The notes under the pieces: model-generated
Told to the model about the DNA's origin: nothing
Database searches by the model: none
What the model saw: the letters and a program-made list of their open reading frames with translations, nothing else
Program-made: the position numbers and the translations under genes
Shown: piece by piece, positions 1-12,202 of the stretch
How positions within the stretch are numbered: the first letter of the stretch is position 1
How the letters are laid out: each line of letters starts with the position of its first letter
DNA from: Vicugna vicugna
Lineage: Eukaryota
Reading direction: 5' to 3'
NCBI GenBank assembly: GCA_013265495.1
Contig: MU057801.1
Location: 2,758,765-2,822,764 of the forward strand
Length of the DNA: 64,000 nt

Positions 1-1444
1 TATGCCAGTCCCCGCACCCACTCCAAGCAGGGGACACCCCGGACTGCCACCCTCAATGGTACGCGTCCAGACAGACGGCCACCCCCTTTGTGCGAAGGGA
101 GACTGGTAACGGGCAGTCGGAGTGTCCTCTGAGAAGACAAAAGACCCGCTGGAGTGTGCAACCATTCGGGGCAGCCGCCACTCCCTCCCCAGGCGGCTGG
201 GGCCTGCGCTGTCCGAGACCAGCTGCCACGTCCTGGGAGAAGAATGGAGCCGGCTTGTGGGCGGGACAAAAGCCACCGGCTGACCTGGCCAGCCTGCCTC
301 GCAGGGCATCCTCGGCATCTGGGTCCCCAGGGCTGCCTCTGTTTAACTATCACAACTTCAGTCTTGGGGAGACAACAATGTTTGCAGAACTCAAATGGGC
401 CGTGAGACTAAATTAATTCCCAAGGTGGCCAGAACCAAGATGCTAATTGGCTTGGCTAATGGCCCTTCCCCCACCAAACAGATTGCCTCATTCTTCAGGC
501 GACTAATTATTAGCTGAAGCCATGAATAGAAAGAGATGGAAAGGACCTGTCACCTCCCGCTTAGTAAATGTTAAAGCTTTGTTCTTCGCAGGAACAGTAA
601 AGGACCAGGGCCTGTGGTGGCGGGGGGCCAGGGATGAGGAGCTAGTCAGGGATCCCATGGGTACAGACTGGGTGGTGCTGGGGGCCGAAAGCCATGTCAT
701 CTCAGGCCCTGACAAATTCAGGCTTTGGACAGACTGACCAAGCTCGTATAGGAGTCTGGGTTTTTACAAAGCAGGAGTGTAACGCTGACGTACACTGTCA
801 GATTTTAAAAGTTAAAAGGTGCTTCCTACTACTTTTAACTGGTGTCCCATTATGAGGCCACATATTTACACCATAAATGAATATTTTCCACAAATTCAGA
901 AGGGCATGACTTCACTGCACTGTATTTCAGTGTATTGAAGGCATCACTGGTTAAGTGCAAATAACTGACATCTACTGCAACTTTTCAGTCACCCATCTTC
1001 GCCCCACATCTTATGCAAAATTCCAAAGACACAGGAAGTTCACCGTGAACCCCACTGAGCCCTCACACATTCTCCAGGTCTTACACCCGTGCTGTGTCTG
1101 CCTCACCACAGATCGCTCCCTCTGTCCTCGTCAGGCCCTCGAGCTTGGCACCCAAGTTGCTGACATCCGTGTCCTTTCACCAAACACACCAGCACGTGTG
1201 TCATTAACCAGAGGTGAGCAGGGGCGGGGGGCATTTTCAGGTAAACCACATACAAGGTCACACTCGACTCCAGAGTGCCCAGTTCCAGAGCCTGGACAAA
1301 AGTGTGCAGCCCCCGGGGCCAACCTTCCCACGATGCTCAACATTTCAGCTCCTTAAAAGCTCTCTGGCCCCTTCTAGTCAACTCAGTCCCACCCCATAGG
1401 CAACAACTATTGATTTTTTTCCACCGTAGTCACAACCTACTTTT

Positions 1445-1583
1445 TTTGTTTTGTTTTGTTGAGGGGGTGGTAATTAGGCTTAATACTTTTACTTATTTAT
1501 TTGTTAATGGTGGTGCTGAGGACTGAACCCAGGACCTCGTGCATGCTAGGCACATGCTCCTCCACTGAGCTGTGCCCTCCCCC
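1445..1583 (-). mobile_element. tRNA-derived SINE, camelid Vic-1-like
   Basis: Reverse complement reads GGGGAGGGCACAGCTCAGTGG...GAGGTCCTGGGTTCAGTCC...A-rich tail; TSD caca(a/g)cctactttt at 1431-1444 and 1584-1597. Confidence 0.85.
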
Positions 1584-1769
1584 CACAGCCTACTTTTGCT
1601 ATTTGCATTTTAATATTCCTGGAACCTTGATAAATAAAAGTGGTCCAGGACTCTCTCAACTTCTGAGAGGTACAGAGGACAACCTTACTATTCTTAAAAA
1701 AAATTGCCAAACCATAAATGTGCTTTCTTGACCGTCTCCCTGAGTTTCTGTTCGCTGCTGACACTTGGA

Positions 1770-4290
1770 CACTGAGGTCTCCAGCTGTTACTGTTCAGTT
1801 GTTTCTTCGTTCAGTTACTTCAGCTTTTTCTTCGTGTATTTGGAGTTCAGTAGCTCGTTTTGCTTCACTTGTTTTTACCTGTTTTTAGGTGTATATATAT
1901 GCTTATAATTGTCAGGTCTTCCTGACGAATTGACCCTATCATCATTCTAAAATATACATGTTTGTTTTTAGTAAAATTGTCTGAAAGTCCATTTTGTGTG
2001 ATCTTAGTGTAGCCACTTCAGCTGTCTTTTGGTTACTGTTTGTTTGATATAATAGTCACACTCTTTCACTTCCAACTATTTGCATTTTTGAAGTTAACAT
2101 GTGTCTCTTGTAGACAGTAATCTGTTGGGGTTTTTTTTAATCTAGTCTCTCAATCTTTGCCTTTTTATTGGAATATTTAGTCCATTTACATGATAAGTAA
2201 TTACTGATAAGGTAGGGTTCATGCCTTCCACGTTGTTATGTGTTTTCTACATATTTAATGGCTTTTTTGTTCTTCTATTACCCCATAACTATCTTTGCTG
2301 TGTTAAGTATTTTCTAATACATCATTTTAATTCATTCCTTTGCTGTTTATTTTACTATGTTTTGGGATGATATTTTGGTGTTGTCCTGGGGATTACAATA
2401 CATATTACTTGATAGTAATCCAGTTCTGACTAATGCTAGTTCATTTCAATAGTGTTCAGAACCTCTGCTCCAGTCTAGCTCCGCCCCTTCTCCCCCTTGT
2501 GTCCTCCTACCGTCATACAAATCACCTCTTTACACATTGTAAGTTCAACACTGTCTTATACTTATTGCTTTATGTATCTGGAGGGGATTCTAATTCAAAA
2601 AGACACTTGCACCCCAATGTTCACAGCAGCACTATTTACCATACCCAAGACATGGAAGCAACCCAAATGTCCATCAACAGATGACTGGATAAAGAAGCTG
2701 TGGTATATGTATATAATGGAATACTACTCAGCCATAAAAAACAATAAAATGCCATTTGCAGCAACATGGTTGGCCCTGGAGAATGTCGTTCTAAGTGAAG
2801 TAAGCCAGAAAGAATGCCATATGATATCACTCAGATGTGGAATCTAAAAAAAGAAGAAGAAAAGACACAAATGAACTTATTTACAAAACAGAAACAGACT
2901 CACAGACAGAAAACAGACTTGTGGTTACCCAGGGGGGAATGGGGTGGGAAGGGATGAATTGCAGATACTAACTACTGTATATAAAATAGATAAACAAAAC
3001 GCTTCTTCCGTGGAGCACAGGGAACTATATTCAATATCTTGTAGTGACCTACAATGAAGAAGAATATGAAAGGAATATATGTATGTTCATGTATGACTGA
3101 AACATGATGCTTGCACCAGAAATTGACACAATATTGTAAACTGACTATACTTCAATAAAAATATACATATAATTATTGCTTTATATGGCTGTCTTTTAAA
3201 TCACATGTGAAAGGAAAAGACTTAAAAACAAAAACACAGGATACGCTCTTTTGTATTTAACTATATAGTTACCTTTTTGGTGTCCTTTGCTTTTTCACGT
3301 GAATTCAAGTTACTGTCTTTTGCCCTTGCATTTCGGCCCAAAGGACTCCTTTTTGCATTTCCTGTAGGGCAAGTCTACTAATGACTAACTCCCTCAGGTT
3401 TCATTCCTCTAGGAATGTCTTCATTCCTCCTCCATTTTTGAAGGGCATTTTTGTTGAATACAGAATTATGGGGTTTTCTCCTCATGCTTTGTATCATCCA
3501 ACTGCCTTCTGGTCCTTGTGCTTTCTGATGAGAAATCAGCTGTCAATCTTACAAGAATCCGTTATAGGTAATAAAATGTAGGTCACTTCTCTCTCCTTTC
3601 AAGATTCTCTCTTTGTTTTGGGATTTCAACAGTTTGTTTATGGTGTGTTTTTTGTGTGAATCTCTTTGAGCTGGTCCTACGTGGAGTCTGTTGAGCTTCT
3701 GAAATGTGCAGAATTGTGTTCTGCATCAAATTTGACAAGTTTTAAACTACTTCAAATATTCTTTGTGCCCCTTTCTCTCCTTTCTTACTGGGACTTCCAT
3801 TATGTGTATTTTTGTATGCCTGATGGTGTCCCACATGTCTTTTATACTCTGTTTTTATTATTTTTTCTTTCTGTCCCTCAAACCAGGTAATCTCAATTGA
3901 CCTATTTTCAAAATTGCTGATTCTTGATTCCACACTTCAAATCTGCTACTGATATTTCATTTCAGTCATTGTCCTTTACCCATCCTAGAATTTCTATTTG
4001 GTTCTTTTTAAATAATTTCTCTTTATTGACATTTTCTACTTGGTGAGATGTTGTTCTCACATCCTACTTCAGTTCTTCAGACATTTTTATTTAGTTCTTT
4101 GAACATATTTACAAAAGCTGTGTTAAAGTATTTGTCTAGTAAGTCCAACATCTTGATTTCCTCAGGGATAATTTCTACTGACTGCTTTTTTCCTGTGAAT
4201 GAGTCACATTTTACTGTTTCTTTGCATGTATCACATCTTTGTTGTTGAAAACTGGACGTTTTGGGCAATATATCGTAGCAGCTCTGGACA
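1770..4290 (-). mobile_element. Ancient L1 (L1M-type) fragment, interrupted by a younger L1
   Basis: T-rich antisense L1 ORF2 5'/ORF1-like sequence, no intact ORF; boundaries approximate. Confidence 0.7.
2574..3167 (+). mobile_element. Young 5'-truncated L1 (ORF2 C-terminus + 3'UTR) with TSD
   Basis: ORF2 tail DTCTPMFTAALFTIPKTWKQPKCPSTDDWIKKLWY; AATAAA end; 17-nt TSD tata(c/a)ttattgctttat at 2557-2573 and 3168-3184. Confidence 0.9.
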
Positions 4291-5605
4291 TTTATTACCA
4301 GGGCTTGCTGGTGCCTGTTTCTTTGCTTAGGGGCTTGTCCAGACCTTTCTGTTGATGTCTACTTCTCCTAACACGGGCAATTTCTCTGTCACTACTCAGA
4401 CTGCACAGGGCATTTGCAGTCACCCTGACCCTTCCCCCTTCCAGGGATGACAGTCGCCTTAGCTGAGCTCTCTTTGGCTGTCTCTTTCCCTGAGGAAATG
4501 ACTGCCTCCTCTTACATTTCTAGCTCATCTGCCTCTACTGGCATCATACCCAGAGTTAACCCCCACTAATGGCTAGCTGATTGTTTGACACTATCCTGTA
4601 GCATAAATTGCATAAAAGGAAGGAAGGTAAAGGAGATAGTTTGTGTTCTGTTCTGTTCTGTTTTGTTTTGCCATAAAAGATGCTCTTGGTGCAATCTGTG
4701 AAACGTGGTACACGGGGATTCCACGACAGGCCCATCAGCGTCAAGTTTCTATTTTGATGTGTGAACTGTGGCTACATGGGAAAGTATCTTAGTAAGAGCC
4801 TCGGTAAGAGACTAATAGCTGTTAAACTAAGCAATTAGAGTCTGCTCCGCAGTCTGTTATGAACAGTTGCTTAACTGTTTAGCAGACAAATGTTTCTCCT
4901 TGAGGGCACGGGTATCTGTGACTCTCATGAGGTCTAATGCACAGGCACACGAATTTATCAGCCGACACTGAACTTGATCTGGATTTTCCAGCCTCTGTCA
5001 AGCATACGAACACAGAGACAAGTCTGTGTCCAGGCCCTCGGGTGTGTCTGTTCTGGTGGGAAAAGCTGGAGGACACCTTCAAGGGACAAGCAAGAGGGTG
5101 GGGGCTGAAGAACGACAGGAATTCAGAGGAGGGGAAGGAGTCAGTGTGGAATGAAGAGAGAAATCATAGGTAGAAGTAGCAAGATCCAGAGGACCTTGGC
5201 CAAATTCCTTTTCATGTCTTTTTTTATGAGACGAGTTTGGGCTTGCCAGTAAAGGTGCGAAGACAAGAGGTGGTGTGTGTGCGGGGCAGCCAGTGAGTCG
5301 TCATTTCTAACAGCGAAAGGCTGGAGGAATGGGGCTAAATATGCCACATCTGTGCATCGGCTGGCCAGGCCGCCACCAGGGAGCTGCCCTTCTCTCTGGG
5401 AGTCACAGCTGTGGTTACAGGAGGGCGTGCGTCTGGGAGGGGCAAGAGGGGTCTGCGGGGCGTGCTCCCCACCACCAGGAGCTGCTGGTGCTGCTGGTGG
5501 GAAGGTCTGCAAATCATCGAGCCCCCCACTTAAGGTTTGTGTAGTTTGCCAGGTTCAGTAAGCTGCAGCTCACTTTTTTTTTAAGCTGGAAAAAAAGTTT
5601 TTCCA

Positions 5606-5710
5606 GCGCTGGCTTCGGCAGCACATGTGCTGGAACTGGAACGATACAGAGAAGATTAGCGTGGCCGCTGCGCAGGGATGACACGCACATTCGTAAAGAG
5701 TTCCAACTTT
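5606..5710 (+). pseudogene. RNU6: Full-length U6 snRNA retropseudogene
   Basis: Ungapped match to U6 (87/100 over nt 1-100), ACAGAGA box and AGC triad intact; A-rich flanks; no TATA/PSE seen upstream. Confidence 0.92.
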
Positions 5711-7704
5711 AAAAATTGTGTATATTAATAAGTAATTACCTCCAGGATATATCGTTAAATGGAAAATGCGTCTATAACAAGGTATGCAGAAGGCAACCTG
5801 ATATCTACCCAGGCCCGGAGCTTCACCAGGAGGCCGGAGGGGAGGAGCGGGTGCGGGGCGTCTCCAGGGGCGGAGGGAACCGCGCGGCAGGCACGTGGGG
5901 ACCAAGGGGCCATCCGCCTTCAGAGCTTAGGGCGGGGCACGGTGTGGGGCACGGAGCGTGTGCAGGCGCGTCTGCGGTGCCCGCCACCCCGCAGCTGCCC
6001 TTGTCGTGCGGGCTGACGCCAGCGGGGCGGGTGCAGACAGCCCGCATGAGGAGCGGCCTTCCAGGCGTGTGTTTCTCGGTAAACTGAATCCGACAACCCA
6101 CCGAGCCCCGTGTCAGGTCCTACGGCTCAGTTTGTCACAGATTTTAAACTCAGCCAAGTCCTCTTTCATTCGTTAAAGCCGGGCGGGCGTCTGGCTGCGC
6201 CCGCGCCCCGCGCTCACGGCCGCGGGAGCCGGGGCGGCGGCGCCCGGGAAACCACGGGAGATCACCGGGTTTTTGGAGGGACGAGCCCCAGCCCGGTCTA
6301 TGCTGCCACCTGGTGTCCGCCCGGCAAACGACCCCAAACCCTCAAATGTGAGCTCAGAACTGAGGGCGGAAGGTCGAGCATGAACCACTGTATTATGACT
6401 GAAAAGTACGTTAGACACACAGACGCACACAGGCTCCGTGTGAACGAAGCTCCCCCGCAGAGCAGAAGCAAGGTGTTAGCAGCGGTGGCTTCCAGAAAGG
6501 GGGACCGGGTGGCTGGGAACACGGTCACCGTGTGTTATTTTGCACCTTTTCAGTTTTGAGCCACAGCAATGTATTGCTAATTGAAAAATGAAGTAGAGCT
6601 TAAAAATAAAAACATCTGCTTATTAAATTTGATTGGCACGTTGACAAGGGGCCACCTTTTCTTCAGCCATTGATTCACGTACTTAAATACTTAGTGTTTA
6701 CTCTTGTCTGCAGGAACAACGGGGAAGAAAACAGACACATCCCTGCCCTCCTGAAGCTCAGACTCTCCTGAGAGGAGGGCCTTGGAGCACATGTTGAGGG
6801 CCGCAGAGCTCCGGGAAGCTGGGTGCTCGGTTGCCTGGCCCGGGGAGCAGGGCCCCAGCCTTGGGCCAGCGAGGTGGGGAGCATCACCCTCCCCTGGCTT
6901 CAGACCTGTGAGGGGTCCTGTTGTTTCAGTGCTTTTTATGACACTTCACGAGTGTGACCTAATGGGTATTGCATTGTATTCACCCAGGAGCCGGAATGCA
7001 CACATTCTTCTCAAATACACACGGTGAATTTACAAAAAGTAGTCACAAGTGGGGCTACAAAGCAAGCCTGAACAAATTCAAAGAATGGGTGTTACAAGGA
7101 TTATATCCCTGACCACAGTGCAACAAATGGCCAATTTAAGAAATTAATTTAAATGTGTAAAACATTCCTAACTCATGGGACAGAGAAACATCCTAATGGA
7201 AGTCAGAAAATGCTTCAGACTGACAACTGTGAAAAGAACACAGCACACTCGTGGGAGAAGGCTAAAACGGTGTTAAGGGGAAAGTGACAGCTTTAAATTC
7301 ATGTATAAGATGGCTGAAAATTAATGAGACAATTAATTAGAGGGAAAACAGAATACACTCAAAGAAAGTAGAAAGAAAGAATAAAGAGAAGAGACATTTA
7401 GAAATATCAAAGATACAACAGATGTTCAACAAAGACAAAAGTTAGTTCTTACTGGGGAAGCAACTAAACTTTTAAATTTCTAGAAATGTTGATCAAGAGA
7501 AAAAAGGGAGGGCACAAAGAAATTGCACTATGAAAGGAGGCTGTAACTGCAAGTGCTGAGAAGATCTGAGTGATGTCATACCAATAAAGTTGAAAACTTA
7601 CGTGAAAGGGAGAAATTTCACTAGAAATATACCAAAATTGCCTGAAAAAAGAAACAGAAAACTTGAATAATTGCAAACGGAGTCATCTTTTTTGTTGTTG
7701 CTGG

Positions 7705-7763
7705 GTTTTGGTTTTTTTTTTTTTTGTTTTTTTTTTTTTGTTTGTGATGGTGGGGATTGAACC
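7705..7763 (-). mobile_element. Probable SINE 3' end running into assembly gap
   Basis: Poly-T tract followed by GGGGATTGAACC (reverse-complement B box), then Ns. Confidence 0.55.
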
Positions 7764-7812
7764 NNNNNNNNNNNNNNNNNNNNNNNNNNNNNNNNNNNNN
7801 NNNNNNNNNNNN
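7764..7812. other. Assembly gap
   Basis: Run of N. Confidence 1.
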
Positions 7813-8303
7813 CACCCGCCCCCCGGCTCCCCAGCCCCAGGAAATGGAATCATCTAAAATGTTTCGCATAGAAAACAGGCATAATCCCCCGGAAATGCAA
7901 GAAACAGAACACTTGAGTACTACACAAACACTCCTAAAGATTTCAAACACTGTCTGCAACTCCTTTTGCAAGGCTGACATAAGCAAATCCAAACAAGCAT
8001 ATGTAAGAAAGAAAATTAGAAGTTAATCTATTTTGTGAACATAGAAGCAAAGAGCCTAAACACAATTTAGAAAATCAAATCCAGCAACATACAAAAAACT
8101 TTCTGTTGTAAATCAGAAATGGTTCAACCTAAGAATTTAATTTACCAAAAAGAAAAAAAGAATTAATTTTGCCACATTTACAAGTTAATGGAGAGAAGTC
8201 ATGTAATCATCTCAATCGATGAATAAAACACATGAAATAAAATTCAATGTCCATTAATGGTTTTTTAAAATCTCTTAAACTACAAAGAGAAGAAAATTTT
8301 CTT

Positions 8304-9043
8304 TTATTTATTTTTTAACATTTTTTTATTGAGTTCTAGTCATTTTACAATGTTGTGTCAAATTCCAGTGCAGAGCACAATTTTCCAGTTATACATGAAC
8401 ATACATATGTTCATTGTCACATTTTTTTCTCTGTGAGCCACCACAAGATCTTGTATATATTTCCCTGTGCTACACCATGTAATCTTGTTTATCTATTCTG
8501 CATATGCCTGTCAGTACACAGTACCTACTTGAAGTCCCATTCTGTCCCTTCCCACCCCCCGCCCCCTTGGCAACCACAAGTTTGTACTCTGTGTCTATGA
8601 ATCTGTTTGTGTTTTGTATTTATGTTCATTTTTTTTTAGATTCTGCATATGAGTGATTTCATATGGTATTTTTCTTTCTCTTTCTGGCTTACTTCACTTA
8701 GAATGACATTCTCCAGGAACATCCATGTTGCCGCAAATGGTGTTACGTTGTCGGTTTTTATGGCTGAATAGTATTCCATCGTATAAATATACCACAACTT
8801 CTTTATCCAGTCAGCTGTTGATGGCAACTGTTTCCATGTCTTGGCTATTGTAAATAGTGCTGCTATGAACACTGGGGTGCAGGTGTCCTTTTGAAGTAGG
8901 ATTCCTTCTGGATACATGCCCAGGAGTTGGATTGCTGGGTCATATGGTAAGTCCATTCCTAGTCTTTTGAGGAATCTCCATACTGTTTTCCACAGTGGCT
9001 GCACCAAACTGCATTCCCACCAGCAGTGTAGGAGGGCTCCCTT
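8304..9043 (-). mobile_element. Young 5'-truncated L1 with TSD
   Basis: Minus-strand ORF 8636..9007 is the L1 ORF2 C-terminus ([13 protein letters not shown]...YYSAIK); 17-nt TSD gagaagaaa(a/g)ttttctt at 8287-8303 and 9044-9060. Confidence 0.92.
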
Positions 9044-9539
9044 GAGAAGAAAGTTTTCTTAATCTGATAAAGGGTAAAATACATTTAATGGGAAAAGGCT
9101 GAGGGTGTCCACGGAGGTGAGGACAGCAAGTAACAGCTACTCAAAAAACCAGCGCAAGCCCCCTTCCCCTGGCCGCTAACGCTCTCCCAGACAGTGCTCT
9201 CCTGCACTTCTTGTCATCCCGGCTGGATTGTCATTAAGGTGCAGTGGCCTTAGCTGGGCATCCGGCAGGAAGCCAATGTGGCAGGCAGAGCAATGAAAGC
9301 CAACCTTGCTCAGCAAGGTCAAGCTTTCCCTCACATCTTCCATGCAGGCACCAGATTTTGGAAAATGGAAGGCTAGTCATAAGTGCGGCAGCTCTGACTT
9401 TTCCGGGAAGTTCAGAGATAAATTTGGATGAGAAGGCAATGGTTTGTGGTGATAGACTGAAGGACTGGAGGAGGAAATGAGGGAGGTGACTAAGATACTT
9501 TATTTAGTGTTATTAGCTCAATGACCTGTGAGCCAGGGG

Positions 9540-9690
9540 TGTCTTAGGTCAAGTTCCCCCAAAAACCAATCCTGAGAAAGCATGGAGGCCGGCAGTGTCT
9601 GGAGGTGACCCCAGGAAACATCAGCGGGGGCGGGGGAGTGGGACAGAGCAGGGAAAGTCATGACGGCGACCACCTTGGGCAACCGTAGAA
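9540..9690 (-). mobile_element. ERVL LTR fragment (LTR16/LTR33-like)
   Basis: TGTCTTAGGTCAAGTTCCCC...CCTGAGA...CCCCAGGAAAC resembles the LTR16/33 terminus; family from memory. Confidence 0.4.
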
Positions 9691-10325
9691 CATGCCCGAG
9701 ACTTGTCCCACTTGGAGGACAAGGGAGAGAGTGGCAAGGAGTCAGGGTGTTCATACCTGTCACTCTCCCCGAAGCGGCATCACCTCCCAGCCCCGCCGGC
9801 TGCTGGCCAAAGGAGCACCGTCCTGGGGAGAAGCCCGTGTGCAACAAGACAGACGTGGATAAAGCAGGTGCCGTGCCCCTGCCCCAGGGAGCCAGGAAAT
9901 CCACTTCCATGGCTTCATGCAATGGGCAGGTGCTGCTGTCCTTCTGGACTGGAGGACCTGCACAAAATAGCAGGCCTTCTCCACTCTGTCCTTAGTCACG
10001 CGGGGGCAACTGAGGCAACCTAGTAACTCATCGTCCTCGTCTAAAACTCTCACCCTCAAAGCAGGGCCGTCAGGCCTCCCTGCTCTGCGTGGATTTCCTG
10101 CACCGCCCGCATCTCAGCTGTCCCTCCTGGCTCCTGTATTTGCACGGTGGGTGCCAACTGGCTTCCGTCAACCTCCACCTGCAGGCCTAGGCTGCTGCTT
10201 CTGGCTGACTCGTGAGAACTGCGAAGCCAGAAATCATCCATCCATTACTTCTGCAAACAGACACTGGTGTTGTCTAGTTGGGGTGTCAGCAAAGGCAGTC
10301 TGACACCAGAGTTTTGCTGCAAGTA

Positions 10326-10508
10326 CAGTTGACGCTTGAACAACGTGAAGGGTAGGCGAAAATCCACAGTTTTACAGTTGACCCTCATATCCGCCGATTC
10401 AGCCATCTAAGGAGTGTGTAGTACTCTGGTATGTATTTATTGGGGAAAAAAAATCGGCATATAAGTGAACCCACGCAGTTCAAACCAGTGTTGTTCAAAG
10501 GTCAGCTT
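10326..10508. mobile_element. Tigger2-derived MITE (MER8/MER28/Tigger2a-like)
   Basis: TIRs CAGTTGACGCTTGAACAAC ... GTTGTTCAAAGGTCAGCTT with TA flanks; apparently inserted in an older ERVL LTR remnant. Confidence 0.8.
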
Positions 10509-11033
10509 TAGTTTATTTGGGAAGGAGGCCAATGAGGAAGAGAAAGCCAACCCAAGGAGCCAGGCATGACTGAGCTGGTTACCTCTGTGGGCAGGTGAGG
10601 TCCAGTCCCACTCCTATGCTACCAGGGAGGGCTGACACATTCGTCCCCAACTGGTTACGGATTAACCTCCCTGAACTTCTAGGCAGTATGCTCAGGGTTT
10701 CCCGAGACTTCATGGGAACTCTCCATCACCACTGGAGAGCTGGAGTCAGCGTGGGCTGAGAGGATGTGGACACAACAGCGTTTGCCCCAAGCACCACGTG
10801 CCAGACTGTGCGGGGCGTGCCAGCACCGTCAGGACAAACTGCTTCCTTGCTTTCACCAAGCCTGCCTCTCTGTGGTGGAATAAAGAAAATACTAATATGC
10901 AAACCAACCAATAAAGAACAATGGGTGTGATAAATGCTATCCAGCAAATAGCAGAAGGGGGGGCAGAAGTACGATAGTTAAAATTCTGTGAAGAGGTGGC
11001 ATTTGAGCGAAGTCTTAAAGGATGAAAAGAATC

Positions 11034-11366
11034 TATGCCTCAGGCCCATCAGGCTGCTGTAACAAAAATGCCATAAATTGAGTGGCTTTTAAATAACAAA
11101 CATTTATTTCTCATAGTTCTGGAGACTCGGAAGTCCAAGATCAAGACGCCAGCAAATTCACTGTCTGGTGAGGGCTGGCTTCCTCAGAGCACTGACTTTT
11201 CACTGCACCCTCACGTGGCAGAAGGGCTGAGGGACCTCTCTGGGGCCTCTTTTATGAGGACACTAACGCCATTCATCTCCCAGAGGCCCCATCTCCTAAC
11301 ATCATCACCTTGAGGGTTTGGATTTGAACATAGAACTTAGGGAGACGCAAGTACTCAGATCACAGC
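11034..11366 (-). mobile_element. MaLR solo LTR (MLT1A/A0-like)
   Basis: GCTGCTGTAACAAAA...CATTTATTTCTCATAGTTCTGGAG...AAGTCCAAGATCAAG...GTCTGGTGAGGG, typical MLT1 antisense. Confidence 0.85.
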
Positions 11367-12178
11367 CTTTTACTAAGGAAAGGCCTGGGGGAAGAGCCTT
11401 GCAAGCAGCAAACAGCAAATGCAAAGCCCATGTCAGTAAAACTGACGAATTCTAGGAATTCTAAGTGAAATAAGGTGAAAGCGATGTCGCGAGCGAGGCA
11501 GACAGAGGCAGGGCCATCACTTTCCATGTACAGATTTCAAAATATTAGAACAAATGTAAACTGAAACTGTTACGGCTGTATGTGAGAAAGAATTCTGTCC
11601 AATTGGATTGCAAAGATCCAAAGGTTTGCAAAGACTCGGCCGGTGAAAAGGAGCGGAAATCCGCGCTCCTGTACGTTACTGCAGGCGTGTTGGTGAGTAC
11701 GATGTGTAAGGAGCAGTTTGGCCATATGCATCCGATATTTGAAAGAGAGAAAGAGAAAGGACATGTCCTTTCCCATAGGAGTTTCTCTTCCCAGCGTCTT
11801 CCCCATGGACCTACCTACACCGTGTGCCCAAGCACCTGTGTCCTCGGGGTTCGGTAGCAAACGTGGCATGAGGTACTCTGCGGGCTAATGCTGCCTCAAA
11901 ACCAGAACCCCGGGTTTGACTCGTGTCGGGCATTGCAGATACTAAGTATTATCCTCCGAACTGAGAAGGAACCTTGAGCCTGAAAACCGATGCGGGCAAC
12001 TTTATACGCAATTACGAAGTTTACCATGGTAACTTACGCAGGCAGGACGGGGGACGGACGGTCCAGAGGCGAGCGCAGCTGCACGCTTTGCTGCCAAAGG
12101 GTCCAGGGTAACTTAAAGCAGCCAAAGGTGAAAAATAAGACCTGACTGCTAGGGAGACGAGGTTTTTCCTCCCCCAGG

Positions 12179-12202
12179 GTGTGTGTGTGTGTGTGTGTGT
12201 GT
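12179..12202. repeat. (GT)n microsatellite
   Basis: About 12 GT units. Confidence 0.95.

Larger units (their letters stand above)
6950..8286 (+). mobile_element. Ancient L1 ORF2 fragment
   Basis: A-rich degraded L1 ORF2-like sequence; boundaries approximate. Confidence 0.6.

Noticed and set aside
2497..2847. Protein-coding ORFs with WKQPKCP/YYSAIK motifs (also 8636-9007, 38630-38917, 56312-56924, 60130-60342)
   Set aside because: These are L1 ORF2 C-terminal remnants of 5'-truncated insertions, not host genes
4815..4885. Imperfect inverted repeat (possible hairpin RNA or MITE)
   Set aside because: Pairing is short and gapped; I cannot assign a family or support a pre-miRNA fold
5606..5710. 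Functional U6 snRNA gene
   Set aside because: 13% divergence from a near-invariant RNA, no TATA/PSE upstream, and no clean T4+ terminator
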